A stretch of 35,246 nucleotides of DNA from a virus, in the UHGV virus genome UHGV-0095853, one strand, 5' to 3'. The notes beneath the pieces were generated by a model. That model made no database searches. It had not been told where the DNA came from and worked only from the letters and a program-made list of their open reading frames with translations. This document shows, piece after piece, positions 26,785 to 35,041 of this stretch (position 1 is its first letter; every line of letters starts with the position of its first letter). Both the position numbers and the translations under genes were made by a program.

Positions 26785-27125
26785 CGACGCCCCCTTGCAG
26801 GATATCGACCGGCATTAGTATCCGGTGCAATAAAGCCGGTAGTGGGGCGAGTGAAAGCGAGATTAATCTTCTCGACCATAGTGCGATAATTTTCCTGATA
26901 GTGGGCCAGGAGTTTTTCGGCGGCAATGATGGTTACTTTCCGGACGTAGCTTTCTGCTTCCTCCAGATTTCGCCAGTTTTTTTCGAGGGTAAACACAGGG
27001 ACGGCCTCAAGCCCGGTCATGATGCCGAACACAACGACAGCATGACTGTTCTTAACACCAGCGGCGAAGGTTACGGTGTAACCATCCACCTTGAAGCGTC
27101 TTGATTCCGTGATTTGACTCTGCAA
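26781..27125 (-). CDS. Hypothetical protein (114 aa)
   Basis: TTG start with AGGAGG 6 nt upstream; first gene after the operator at 27180-27196. Confidence 0.45.
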   Translation of the reverse strand: MQSQITESRRFKVDGYTVTFAAGVKNSHAVVVFGIMTGLEAVPVFTLEKNWRNLEEAESYVRKVTIIAAEKLLAHYQENYRTMVEKINLAFTRPTTGFIAPDTNAGRYPARGRR

Positions 27126-27179
27126 AGCACCCTCCTAAATAGGCGAGGGTACTTTACAGCAAAGGCGTTAATCTAAAAA

Positions 27180-27196
27180 GATGTGTTAGAAATTTA
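27180..27196. promoter_or_regulatory. Single operator-like site GATGTGTTAGAAATTTA between the recombinase stop and the dut operon
   Basis: Matches the recurrent TGTGTTAGAAA core. Confidence 0.4.
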
Positions 27197-27198
27197 AT

Positions 27199-28227
27199 TT
27201 ACGAATCCATCAGGCGGCTATTAGCCCCCACAGACACGCCGCCACGGCGAAGATACCGCATAAGTGTTTCCGGTTTCTTCCAGGTTCCTTCCTGCATGAT
27301 CTCCACCATAGACACCTGCTTTTCAGCCATATCGATAGCGGCCCCGACACGAGCACTATGCCCGGTCCACGTCCGGTATCTCCCTTTGTTTGGCGTGGCA
27401 TCTCTTTTATTCAGCAACACCCAGGCGTCGCTGAATATTTTCTCCATTGCAGGTGCAGTAAGGGGAGTTGTCGTAATCCTGGCCTTATTGCTACGGTGTA
27501 TCGGCGGGAACAGCACCGCGTCAGGATGTTCACGAAGCCCGGAAACATCCAGCCAGTCATTCAGCACTGCGGTAGTGCGACGGGAAAGCACCTTATCAAG
27601 CCCGGCGGCGGTCGTTATTGTCTTCGTGTGTGAAATATGTAGCGTGACAGTGTCACCTGTTTGGTCCAGATCTCCTACACGAATACGCGAGATTTCAGAC
27701 ATTCGCATCAGCGTATTGTATGCAACGAAGAGGAAAGCCCGGTTACGCAGGTCCACCAGCCGTTCTGACCTGGACAACAGGACGTCGAGCAGTTTCAGAT
27801 CGTCCCACCGCAGCGGTATAGCCTGGCCTGTTCGTTCGCCTTTTTCCGTTGCCGCTTCGCGCCGAATGCGCCGCATAGCCAGAGAAATACTTTTATCATC
27901 CGAAAGTGGCGGAAGGCCACAATGCGAAAGCAGCATGTTAAGCATGGCGTAGTGCTTATCAATGGTGGTCGAAGCCAGATCAGCATCATGCAGCTGAAGA
28001 AAATACTCGCGGGCCATCTCTGGTGAGATCGGGAACCAGGCGAGCTGGCGAGCGTGGCACCATCGCGCCCAGGAGTGAAACACTAACCGGAGATCGCGCA
28101 AAGTATTCGGCGCGTAAGCCCCCTGGTCATTCATGAACCGCATAAAGTTTTCTGCGGCCTCCTGGTACTCTTTGCCAATGTTGCGCAGAAAACCACCGGA
28201 GCTGCCAGAGATAATTAATTCACTCAT
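27199..28227 (-). CDS. dre: Cre/Dre-family tyrosine site-specific recombinase
   Basis: Collinear with P1 Cre (about 40 percent identity by eye); catalytic R (YNTLMRMSEISRIRV), H-x-x-R (GHSARVG), W and Y (TWKKPETLMRY) conserved; adjacent rox-like site. Confidence 0.85.
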   Translation of the reverse strand: MSELIISGSSGGFLRNIGKEYQEAAENFMRFMNDQGAYAPNTLRDLRLVFHSWARWCHARQLAWFPISPEMAREYFLQLHDADLASTTIDKHYAMLNMLLSHCGLPPLSDDKSISLAMRRIRREAATEKGERTGQAIPLRWDDLKLLDVLLSRSERLVDLRNRAFLFVAYNTLMRMSEISRIRVGDLDQTGDTVTLHISHTKTITTAAGLDKVLSRRTTAVLNDWLDVSGLREHPDAVLFPPIHRSNKARITTTPLTAPAMEKIFSDAWVLLNKRDATPNKGRYRTWTGHSARVGAAIDMAEKQVSMVEIMQEGTWKKPETLMRYLRRGGVSVGANSRLMDS

Positions 28228-28379
28228 GAAACTATTTAACCTCTATATACAGATGACGCTACGCGAAAAATATAAAAATGACAGGGTAGCTATAAGTTAA
28301 TTTTCAAAATTCAAGCCTTTGATTCGAGGCACGTATTTTTAGTGATGTCAACACTGATCATCTACCCATGATTATAGTC

Positions 28380-28411
28380 TAACTTTAAATAATACTAATT
28401 ATCTAAAGTTA
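28380..28411. other. rox/lox-like recombination site: 14-bp inverted repeats around a 4-bp spacer
   Basis: TAACTTTAAATAAT-ACTA-ATTATCTAAAGTTA; arms differ at one position; about 150 bp upstream of the recombinase start; resembles published rox as recalled and shares the TAACTT core of loxP arms. Confidence 0.6.
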
Positions 28412-28581
28412 GAAACTTAGGAATTTTTTTCCTTTCCGCGTAGATGGGCAATGCATTGCTGGCGTGGGCTTTAAGTTATGCCTGGCAGTTTTTAAGCAGA
28501 ATTTTCTAAATTGGATGATAAAAAAATGCATCTTGATCCTTTACTCACCCTGTTATTCGGCATAGATTTGTCATAGTAATT

Positions 28582-28598
28582 TTATGTTAGAAAACTAA
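28582..28598 (+). promoter_or_regulatory. Operator-like site TTATGTTAGAAAACTAA about 25 nt upstream of gene 28613
   Basis: Near-identical to the site at 11355-11371. Confidence 0.4.
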
Positions 28599-28612
28599 AT
28601 CGAGTAGGAATA

Positions 28613-29650
28613 ATGAGTAAGAAGTCGATCGAGAAAGAGTACAAACGGTTCCTGCAAACCGCTGAACGGTGGAAAGAGCTGGTGGTCGCAAACTCTGTTT
28701 TCCATGATACCAGTTATGCCGGCGAGGAATTCCGCCATGTTGCACTAACACATGATCAGAATGTGCTAGAAGAAGCTGAAAAGTGCCTCACAGAATGGAA
28801 AGCCTTTGTTGACTTGTGCCGTAACGCTGACGGCAAAGCGTCTAACATTGTTGAGTCTGTATATTCTCCGATCCCATTCATTATCGAGGACACAAATCAA
28901 AGCACGCATATTGTTGTGCAAAGCGCGACCACCACCCGCTCATTTACGCGCGAAAATCTGCTCAAAAAATATGATGCAATTATAAAGAAAAGCCTGAAAA
29001 ACAAGATATTTTCGCAGATTGTTGGTGCGCTTGAAGAAGAGCGCCGTTTTTTCGCATCAGAACCTGAAGGGGAAGTTTACCGGGCGCGCAAAGATGGATA
29101 CACAGATGTAGTGCTTACAACAAACATTGAAGGCAGCAATGCTCTGTCACGATTCAGGGTAGGCGCACACGGAGCCTTAGTGTTCGCAAAACTTCCTAAC
29201 ACCACAGTGCCCGTTGTTAATAATGTCGGCGAACGTCGCAGCATTACTATTTATTCTGGGGTTGAGTCGATACCTTGCGGCCTGCTTGGTGACTTTAGTC
29301 TCTATCGCGTTCGCGATCTGGAGAAACACCAACCAAGCTATGTTGCGAAGTCATACATCTTGCGAAACATCGACATCCGCAATGAGAGCTTAAAGAACAA
29401 ATCAGCCAAAATGCTTGAGGAAGCCGATCCGGCTATTCGCCATATCATTGAGCGTAAAATACAGACAGCACGCGAAGCGATGGCGCGACTGAATAAAATG
29501 GATCTGGAGTTGTTAGACGTAATGATGACATCCGGAGATGACCTGACAGGCATAAAACTGACAGACGCGCGGAAAAGATACGGTAAAACCATAGAAGAAC
29601 GTTACGGGTTCACTTTCTCCCAAACACAGCACGCCGCTAAACTCTGGTAA
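28613..29650 (+). CDS. Hypothetical protein (345 aa) at the c1-equivalent position; positional candidate for the immunity repressor
   Basis: Convergent with pacB and divergent from the recombinase, as c1 is in P1; operator-like site directly upstream; no sequence-level confirmation. Confidence 0.5.
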   Translation: MSKKSIEKEYKRFLQTAERWKELVVANSVFHDTSYAGEEFRHVALTHDQNVLEEAEKCLTEWKAFVDLCRNADGKASNIVESVYSPIPFIIEDTNQSTHIVVQSATTTRSFTRENLLKKYDAIIKKSLKNKIFSQIVGALEEERRFFASEPEGEVYRARKDGYTDVVLTTNIEGSNALSRFRVGAHGALVFAKLPNTTVPVVNNVGERRSITIYSGVESIPCGLLGDFSLYRVRDLEKHQPSYVAKSYILRNIDIRNESLKNKSAKMLEEADPAIRHIIERKIQTAREAMARLNKMDLELLDVMMTSGDDLTGIKLTDARKRYGKTIEERYGFTFSQTQHAAKLW

Positions 29651-29654
29651 TCAC

Positions 29655-29683
29655 AAGCCCCGCATTGCCGGGGCTTTATATAT
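29655..29683 (+). terminator. Terminator-like hairpin after gene 28613..29650
   Basis: Stem aagccccg / cggggctt with loop cattgc, then TATATAT. Confidence 0.45.
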
Positions 29684-31184
29684 CCAGATCTGGCATTTCC
29701 ACATCTGCAAGAACCTGATCGCGGAAGGTAGCCATTTCAGCGCCGATATCTTCATTAGCAGGAACATAGTCCACCAGCATTGTAAAGCAGTAGGTATCCC
29801 ATCGGTCAGGTGATTTGATGTTCAGCTTTTGCCGCATGTGCTCCTTGCGCATCATCGCCATCTTCCCTTCTTCATTAAGTAAAAAGGGGATTTTTGACGC
29901 TTGCTCTGCCGTTTTAGGGTCACTGTCTATTCGCATACGACCTGACTTTATGGCATCACGAGCCATAATATTTGCGTAGGCACGCTGGTTAACAAAACGC
30001 TCCTTGTCTTTGTTCGAAAACATGGGTTTCCCCCACCGAATCCGTACCGGATTAGCCCCACGGCGCACCAGCTGCGCACAGGTATCTGAACCAAAACCGT
30101 CTGCGTCAACCGCGATTGTAATATTCGGGTATTTATCCGGCGTGCATTCGTTGTATATAAAGTCAGCAAAAGCCAGCGGGTCCATAGTCCCTGGCATTTC
30201 CATTACCTTAAAGTTAACAACACGCCGCTTTTCCCGGTGACCAGACACTTTACAGATATTAAGAACTGACTTGTCTCGCCCGTTACCAACGTCAGCAGTA
30301 GCCACCCATCCCCAGTTTTTCTCCAACAACACCTTGCGCCGCGCAGCGCGATCGCATTCATCACGACCAAGCAAATAGCCGTTAATCTCCCGAGGAAACT
30401 GACCAAGAACCTTGACCATGTACTCAATAGAATCGCGCCCGCCATATTCCAGGAGTTTCTGCCTGATGAATTGTGGTGTGACGAACGGTGATTCTTCTGA
30501 GTTAAGAACAATTGCTGTCCAGATCCCTTTCGGGTTGTCTGGGGTTTTAGCTTGAGAATGGTGCGAATCGTAGAAATAACCACTTGGCCTTGTTGGCTGG
30601 GATAGCATCAACATTCGGTTATCTTCTTCAGTCAGAGCGCCAGTCATTACGCCGATCGCTTTATCAGATATACCTGATGCTTCATCCAGAATTAGAAGCA
30701 AATGTGCCGCGTGCTCCCCCGCCAGAGCTTCTTCGTTACCGAGTCGATAGCCTTTGCAGAGAACTTCCCAGATCCCCTTTCGAGAGCGTTCATAAAACAT
30801 GGTGTCAGACAGGACAAAATAGGTCTGTAACCACCCATGACGCTTAACGGCATTCGCCCAATACTGTTTAACGTATTTGAATACACCTGTCTTAACCTGA
30901 CCTATTTTGTTAGCAACAATGATGACACGGGCATCGGGGAACAGAATCAAATAAATCAGCAACAACATAGCCGTTAGCGACGATTTCCCTGTACCGTGAC
31001 CAGAGGTAACAGTGGTTCTGCTCCCTTTTTGCTGTACGGACTGGATAATCTCCTGCTGCTGGTGGGAGGGAAACATCCCGAATATATCAACAACAGCCTG
31101 GGTAAAGTTGTAGCGGTATTTGATTACCATATCGCGCCAGCGTGGATCGCTGGTGACGCATTTAATCTTGCGCCCACCAGCCAT
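29676..31184 (-). CDS. pacB: Terminase large subunit (PacB-like)
   Basis: Walker A TSGHGTGKSS, Walker B LLLILDEA; 502 aa; directly downstream of the small-subunit gene with 1-nt overlap. Confidence 0.8.
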   Translation of the reverse strand: MAGGRKIKCVTSDPRWRDMVIKYRYNFTQAVVDIFGMFPSHQQQEIIQSVQQKGSRTTVTSGHGTGKSSLTAMLLLIYLILFPDARVIIVANKIGQVKTGVFKYVKQYWANAVKRHGWLQTYFVLSDTMFYERSRKGIWEVLCKGYRLGNEEALAGEHAAHLLLILDEASGISDKAIGVMTGALTEEDNRMLMLSQPTRPSGYFYDSHHSQAKTPDNPKGIWTAIVLNSEESPFVTPQFIRQKLLEYGGRDSIEYMVKVLGQFPREINGYLLGRDECDRAARRKVLLEKNWGWVATADVGNGRDKSVLNICKVSGHREKRRVVNFKVMEMPGTMDPLAFADFIYNECTPDKYPNITIAVDADGFGSDTCAQLVRRGANPVRIRWGKPMFSNKDKERFVNQRAYANIMARDAIKSGRMRIDSDPKTAEQASKIPFLLNEEGKMAMMRKEHMRQKLNIKSPDRWDTYCFTMLVDYVPANEDIGAEMATFRDQVLADVEMPDLDI

Positions 31185-32548
31185 TAGTCATCCTCCGGCG
31201 GTTCTATCGCAATATCATCATCTCCGGCGTCATACCCTGCATCTGATGCATCATAATCACCGTAAATTTCAGCCGTTGCCGAAGGGTCAATGTCCAACTC
31301 TTCATCGTTGGCCTCGAATTCCCCAGCCTTACGCTCGCCATTGTGGTCGTAATCTCCGCACCCCAGATCTTCAACAATGGTTGCCACATCCGCCCGGCGC
31401 TCTGCCAGCCATTGCGGATGGTTAGCCTGAAGCGATGCAAACTCCTTCGCTTCTTTGTCCAGCTGTTCATCATCAACATCATTGATGTCAGAAACTGGAG
31501 GTTCGAGAAGAGTGATAGCTTTCGCCGCGCGCGCCGCGAGGATAGCCGGGACACTGACACCCTGACGCTCGATGTATTCAGCAACACCGATATCGTCCAG
31601 CTCCTCGCGCTCACGCATACGTATAGCGGCGGCGATAACTCTGGCTGCGCGTGCGTCAGCGCCAATGCGATATTCAATCTCTTTGCCACGCTGTTCGGCC
31701 TGTAGGCGTGCTAATTCGAGTTTTTCTCTGGCCTCGGCCTCTCTGAATGCTTGCTGGCGAGCACCCTGACGAAGTTTTTCATCACCCTGTCGCAGCTTTT
31801 GTTCGGACTGATATATCGCTGCCAACCTACTGATAAAATCGTTCATGTAGTAGGCCGCGTCACTGATTAGACCGAGAAGTCGCTGCCCAGGGTGCATTCC
31901 TTCTGGCTGTTCATCACCCAGGGCGTCTATCTCCGCCTGTAGGCGTTCGGCCTCCTGATCAACAATGCTTTGGTACTGAAGTGCGCGTTCTTGCGCCATT
32001 TGAATTGCTAACCGCAGGTGCTCTTCTGCGCCGTTCTTCATCATGTCGCGAGCCACACTCGTAGTGGGCAACGTGGCACGCTGCACAGCACCGCCAGGGA
32101 TCATTGCTGAAGATCCCTCGATTTTTGAGGCGCATTTATCTTCGGTGGGGATCATTTTCGCCATTTTTTCGCGCAATGATCTCCTGACAGATTCTTTTAT
32201 CTCATTGTTATTATTGTCGTTATTTTTATGATCCGAAGTTTTCTTTCTCGGCATGCTCCGGAAAGAACTTCCGCTCTGTGAATTGTCAGTTTCTGTAAAT
32301 TTTGTTGTTTCTGTACCCTCTTCTGGCCTTTTTTTTGCTCTTCCTGCCCGTTTTTTTTCAGGTGATTTGGTGCTTTTTTTTGTAGTCTTCACCTGCGACC
32401 GCACCTCATTTTTTTTCATATTGAGATGCTTTCTGGCGGTATTGAAGCTAAGGTCGTGTTGCTCGCAGTATTCCTTTACGGTGATCCCTTTTTCTTCACG
32501 CAACGCTATAAATTTGGCGCGGTGCTCTTCCCAATTAACAAGGCTCAT
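31184..32548 (-). CDS. pacA: Terminase small subunit (PacA-like)
   Basis: N-terminal HTH-like segment (ITVKEYCEQHDLSFNTARKHL); position upstream of pacB; contains GATC-hexamer cluster; long acidic C-terminus. Confidence 0.7.
   Translation of the reverse strand: MSLVNWEEHRAKFIALREEKGITVKEYCEQHDLSFNTARKHLNMKKNEVRSQVKTTKKSTKSPEKKRAGRAKKRPEEGTETTKFTETDNSQSGSSFRSMPRKKTSDHKNNDNNNNEIKESVRRSLREKMAKMIPTEDKCASKIEGSSAMIPGGAVQRATLPTTSVARDMMKNGAEEHLRLAIQMAQERALQYQSIVDQEAERLQAEIDALGDEQPEGMHPGQRLLGLISDAAYYMNDFISRLAAIYQSEQKLRQGDEKLRQGARQQAFREAEAREKLELARLQAEQRGKEIEYRIGADARAARVIAAAIRMREREELDDIGVAEYIERQGVSVPAILAARAAKAITLLEPPVSDINDVDDEQLDKEAKEFASLQANHPQWLAERRADVATIVEDLGCGDYDHNGERKAGEFEANDEELDIDPSATAEIYGDYDASDAGYDAGDDDIAIEPPEDD
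32099..32233. other. Candidate pac (packaging initiation) site: five GATC-containing hexamers within 135 bp inside pacA
   Basis: GATC at 32099, 32112, 32150, 32178, 32230 with AT-rich tracts between; about 0.5 expected by chance. Confidence 0.4.
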
Positions 32549-32937
32549 AAAGCAACACCACGCTTTTTAACTGCGGCATTCCACAGCTTATTAGTCATGT
32601 CCACCAGCTTGCGCTGCTCTTGTCGCGCCAGTTCTGCAGACTTCCGGCTACAGTTTTTAACCAGCAAACTGCCGTATTCAGGGGTGCGCCCGCGCACCTT
32701 GAACTGATATCCGTTCAGGCCATGCAACCAGTATTTCCGTGGGTAAACACGATCATCAAGCTCACAAATAGCTCGGCTTGACCGCACAAAATGCCGAATG
32801 ATGTTGGTTACACTTACGCGTGAAACATGAAGGTGAGGATATTTTTCTTTAGCTAGAGTGGTAATTTCGGTGACTGTCAGATAGCAGTCAGCCCTAATCA
32901 TGATATCCGCAATTTCTGCGCTGCTGATATGCTCCAT
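32545..32937 (-). CDS. lpa: Lpa-like late promoter activator (positional call)
   Basis: 130-aa protein immediately upstream of pacA with ATGA overlap, as lpa is in P1; operator pair upstream; GGGGGA before ATG. Confidence 0.4.
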   Translation of the reverse strand: MEHISSAEIADIMIRADCYLTVTEITTLAKEKYPHLHVSRVSVTNIIRHFVRSSRAICELDDRVYPRKYWLHGLNGYQFKVRGRTPEYGSLLVKNCSRKSAELARQEQRKLVDMTNKLWNAAVKKRGVAL

Positions 32938-33010
32938 TAATCCCCCGGGCAGGAAATGACCGAGGGGATGATAATGAGAATGTTATTTCTGTATAGACTG
33001 GCAAAAAGTT

Positions 33011-33055
33011 TGTTATATTAGAAAATTAATTCCATTCATCTAACACTACCAGCGA
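33011..33055. promoter_or_regulatory. Inverted operator pair (TTAGA-N16-TCTAAC) upstream of the lpa-like gene
   Basis: ATTAGAAAATTAA at 33015-33028 and TCTAACAC at 33039-33046. Confidence 0.4.
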
Positions 33056-33438
33056 GATAAGCGAACGACGTGTTTTACCTTAGCGATCCACTTACCACGT
33101 GAGTTATTAATTACGGCCTGCGCCACCTTTAAGCTGACTTCAAAATCAGCCTTACGACCATCAGAATCCACCAGCGTTGCACCGTCTATTTCCGGCAGGC
33201 TTAAATAATCCTGTTCTACCTCTAATGGCATTGACGGCTCTCTGAATGGTGTCAATTGCCGAGCTTTCCAGATAAAGCGAACTCTCAATCCCCTATAAGC
33301 CATTACCATGTAGCCTGTTATCGTGCTCTTATGGCCTGCATCAGTACGCGCAGCATTACACGATACAATCTTACAGGTGACGATATTCCACTCCACATTG
33401 GAGACTTCGTGAATGCTTAATTTTGTTGTCTCGTACAT
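33046..33438 (-). CDS. Hypothetical protein (130 aa)
   Basis: ATG overlapping upstream stop. Confidence 0.5.
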   Translation of the reverse strand: MYETTKLSIHEVSNVEWNIVTCKIVSCNAARTDAGHKSTITGYMVMAYRGLRVRFIWKARQLTPFREPSMPLEVEQDYLSLPEIDGATLVDSDGRKADFEVSLKVAQAVINNSRGKWIAKVKHVVRLSRW

Positions 33439-34013
33439 CAGAATGCCTCCCAGTCAGTTGCGATAATATCCACGCCAGTTGCGAACCAGTCTGTCTGCGC
33501 CTGTAAATCCCCATTCATCATTACCAGGCGAGGCATAACCATCACATCGCACCCTTCCACAATATCGAATGCCTCTTCCGGCAAGAATTCGAAGAGCTTT
33601 TCTTTGCTGCCAATGCTGCCACGGAACATCGATAAATAGCTCCCTTTAGGCCATGATGCCCGGCGGGCATCCAGCCCCTTCATCATCCAGAACATGGCGG
33701 CAGAAAAATTGATGTTCTTTTTGGCGATGAAAACATTATTGGCTTCTGTTTGCTTCAGAAACTTAATTAGCCTTGCCATCGACTCGGATAACGCTACGTA
33801 TGGCTCATGATTGGCTGCGGACACGCTCACACCATGTAATCCAACACTGACTACCGTCATATCGCCGCTTTGAGCGGTTTCAATGTTGACACCTTTGCGA
33901 ACTAACGAGGCATAAAGTTCCTCTCGCTTTTGTGTCCAGCGTTCCCGCTGACCGATGAAGTCACTCAATATGAGATCTGCTTCTGCATACGCGTTATCGT
34001 TCGCCGTTAACAT
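33438..34013 (-). CDS. Hypothetical protein (191 aa), possibly with a divergent DUF2829-like C-terminal region
   Basis: FSAAMFWMMKGLDARRASWPKGSY ... DWFATGVDIIATDW loosely follows the DUF2829 Trp pattern. Confidence 0.45.
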   Translation of the reverse strand: MLTANDNAYAEADLILSDFIGQRERWTQKREELYASLVRKGVNIETAQSGDMTVVSVGLHGVSVSAANHEPYVALSESMARLIKFLKQTEANNVFIAKKNINFSAAMFWMMKGLDARRASWPKGSYLSMFRGSIGSKEKLFEFLPEEAFDIVEGCDVMVMPRLVMMNGDLQAQTDWFATGVDIIATDWEAF

Positions 34014-34466
34014 AACGTCTCCTTTTTACACGCGCGACCATCCCTCGGTTAAACCGATAGAGATGTCGAAACTTCGTATTAATTAAGGGTTACAGCCTGA
34101 GCGGCTATATGATGAATTGAAAGGAGTTGTGGCGGTGGTGCCTCCACCTGCCAGGTTAGCCACTCCTGGCGACGTCACTTATCAGAACGTAGTGAATGAA
34201 AATGGCTTCGTCACGAGCGCATAGCCGCAATTACCACAACGGAAACGGCGCTCACGCTAATTAAACGCCTTTTCCTGTTGTGCGCCGTACTCTTCCGGCT
34301 GTCACACCGAATCGCCAGGATGGTGAGTCCTCGGTCCGACGATATGAACGGGGCTTGCACATTCCGGCTACCTGGTTTGTTGCCTGAGCTAGGGGAAAAG
34401 GTAACCCCTTTAACGTCACCAGACCGCTAACGACGCATGTGCCTTACGCCGTGTTACAACCAAATA

Positions 34467-34542
34467 TGGTGGCCCCTACCGGACTTGAACCGGTGACCGT
34501 GCGATTATGAGTCGCCAGCTCTAACCACTGAGCTAAAGGGCC
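34467..34542 (-). tRNA. tRNA with CAU anticodon, closest to tRNA-Ile2 (ileX/ileY type, lysidine-modified)
   Basis: GGCCCTTTAGCTCAGTGGTTAGAGCTGGCGACTCATAATCGCACGGTCACCGGTTCAAGTCCGGTAGGGGCCACCA; about 10 differences from E. coli ileX as recalled. Confidence 0.8.
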
Positions 34543-34551
34543 AGATTACTG

Positions 34552-34680
34552 TTAATTCCGCTTACGCTTTTTGCCAGAACCGCGTAAGGCTTTTGCCGCT
34601 TGCTCGACCCCATATGCAACCACCAGCAGAAATAAAAATGTCCAACCAGGGTTCTTATCGGCAAAGGCCCAAAAATCCAT
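34552..34680 (-). CDS. Possible small membrane protein (42 aa)
   Basis: MDFWAFADKNPGWTFLFLLVVAYGVEQAAKALRGSGKKRKRN; one hydrophobic helix then basic tail; weak RBS. Confidence 0.3.
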   Translation of the reverse strand: MDFWAFADKNPGWTFLFLLVVAYGVEQAAKALRGSGKKRKRN

Positions 34681-34954
34681 CACTTGCAGCTACCTTTTAA
34701 GACAAAACGCCATTGCTGTTAGATTGCGGTGCCGGGTGCCTCCCGGTGACGTTAACCAGTTAACAATTAACGCCGGGATGTTTGACTTAACTATTGAGGA
34801 AAATTGTTTTAACTGTTCCGCGTGCGCTTAGCCGCATTCACCGCAATGGTAAGAGCACTTGGCTGGCTGGGCGGCGATGACGCCTGTACGCATTTGGTGA
34901 TCCGGTTCTGCTTCCGGCATTCGCTTAATTAGCCAAATACTCTTAACGTTGCGC

Positions 34955-35041
34955 TGGCGGAGAGTAATGGAATCGAACCATCATCGCTTGCGCAATGGGA
35001 CGGTTTTCAAGACCGCTTGAGCACCATGCTCCCTACTCTCC
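34955..35041 (-). tRNA. tRNA-like gene, class II (long variable arm), apparent anticodon UGA (Ser), atypical D-arm
   Basis: 7-bp acceptor stem GGAGAGT/ACTCTCC, T-loop TTCGATT, anticodon loop CTTGAAA, 3' GCCA. Confidence 0.45.

Noticed and set aside
27210-27989. ORFs 27210..27401, 27296..27952, 27358..27633 and 27795..27989 overlapping the recombinase gene
   Set aside because: Embedded in or antisense to the recombinase coding sequence, Ser/Arg-rich; the recombinase frame has conserved catalytic motifs
28379-28412. Reading the inverted repeat upstream of the recombinase as another repressor operator pair
   Set aside because: Its 14-4-14 geometry and TAACTT arms match lox/rox recombination sites far better than the GTTAGA-N16-TCTAAC operator geometry
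28228-28612. A coi-like small ORF upstream of the c1-position gene, and an exact loxP
   Set aside because: No ORF longer than about 16 codons with an RBS on the plus strand; no exact ATAACTTCGTATA arm anywhere in the window
31204-32231. ORFs 31204..31689, 31343..31705, 31572..31769 and 32043..32231 overlapping pacA
   Set aside because: Alternative frames of the pacA region with biased, repetitive translations; pacA is supported by synteny and the HTH
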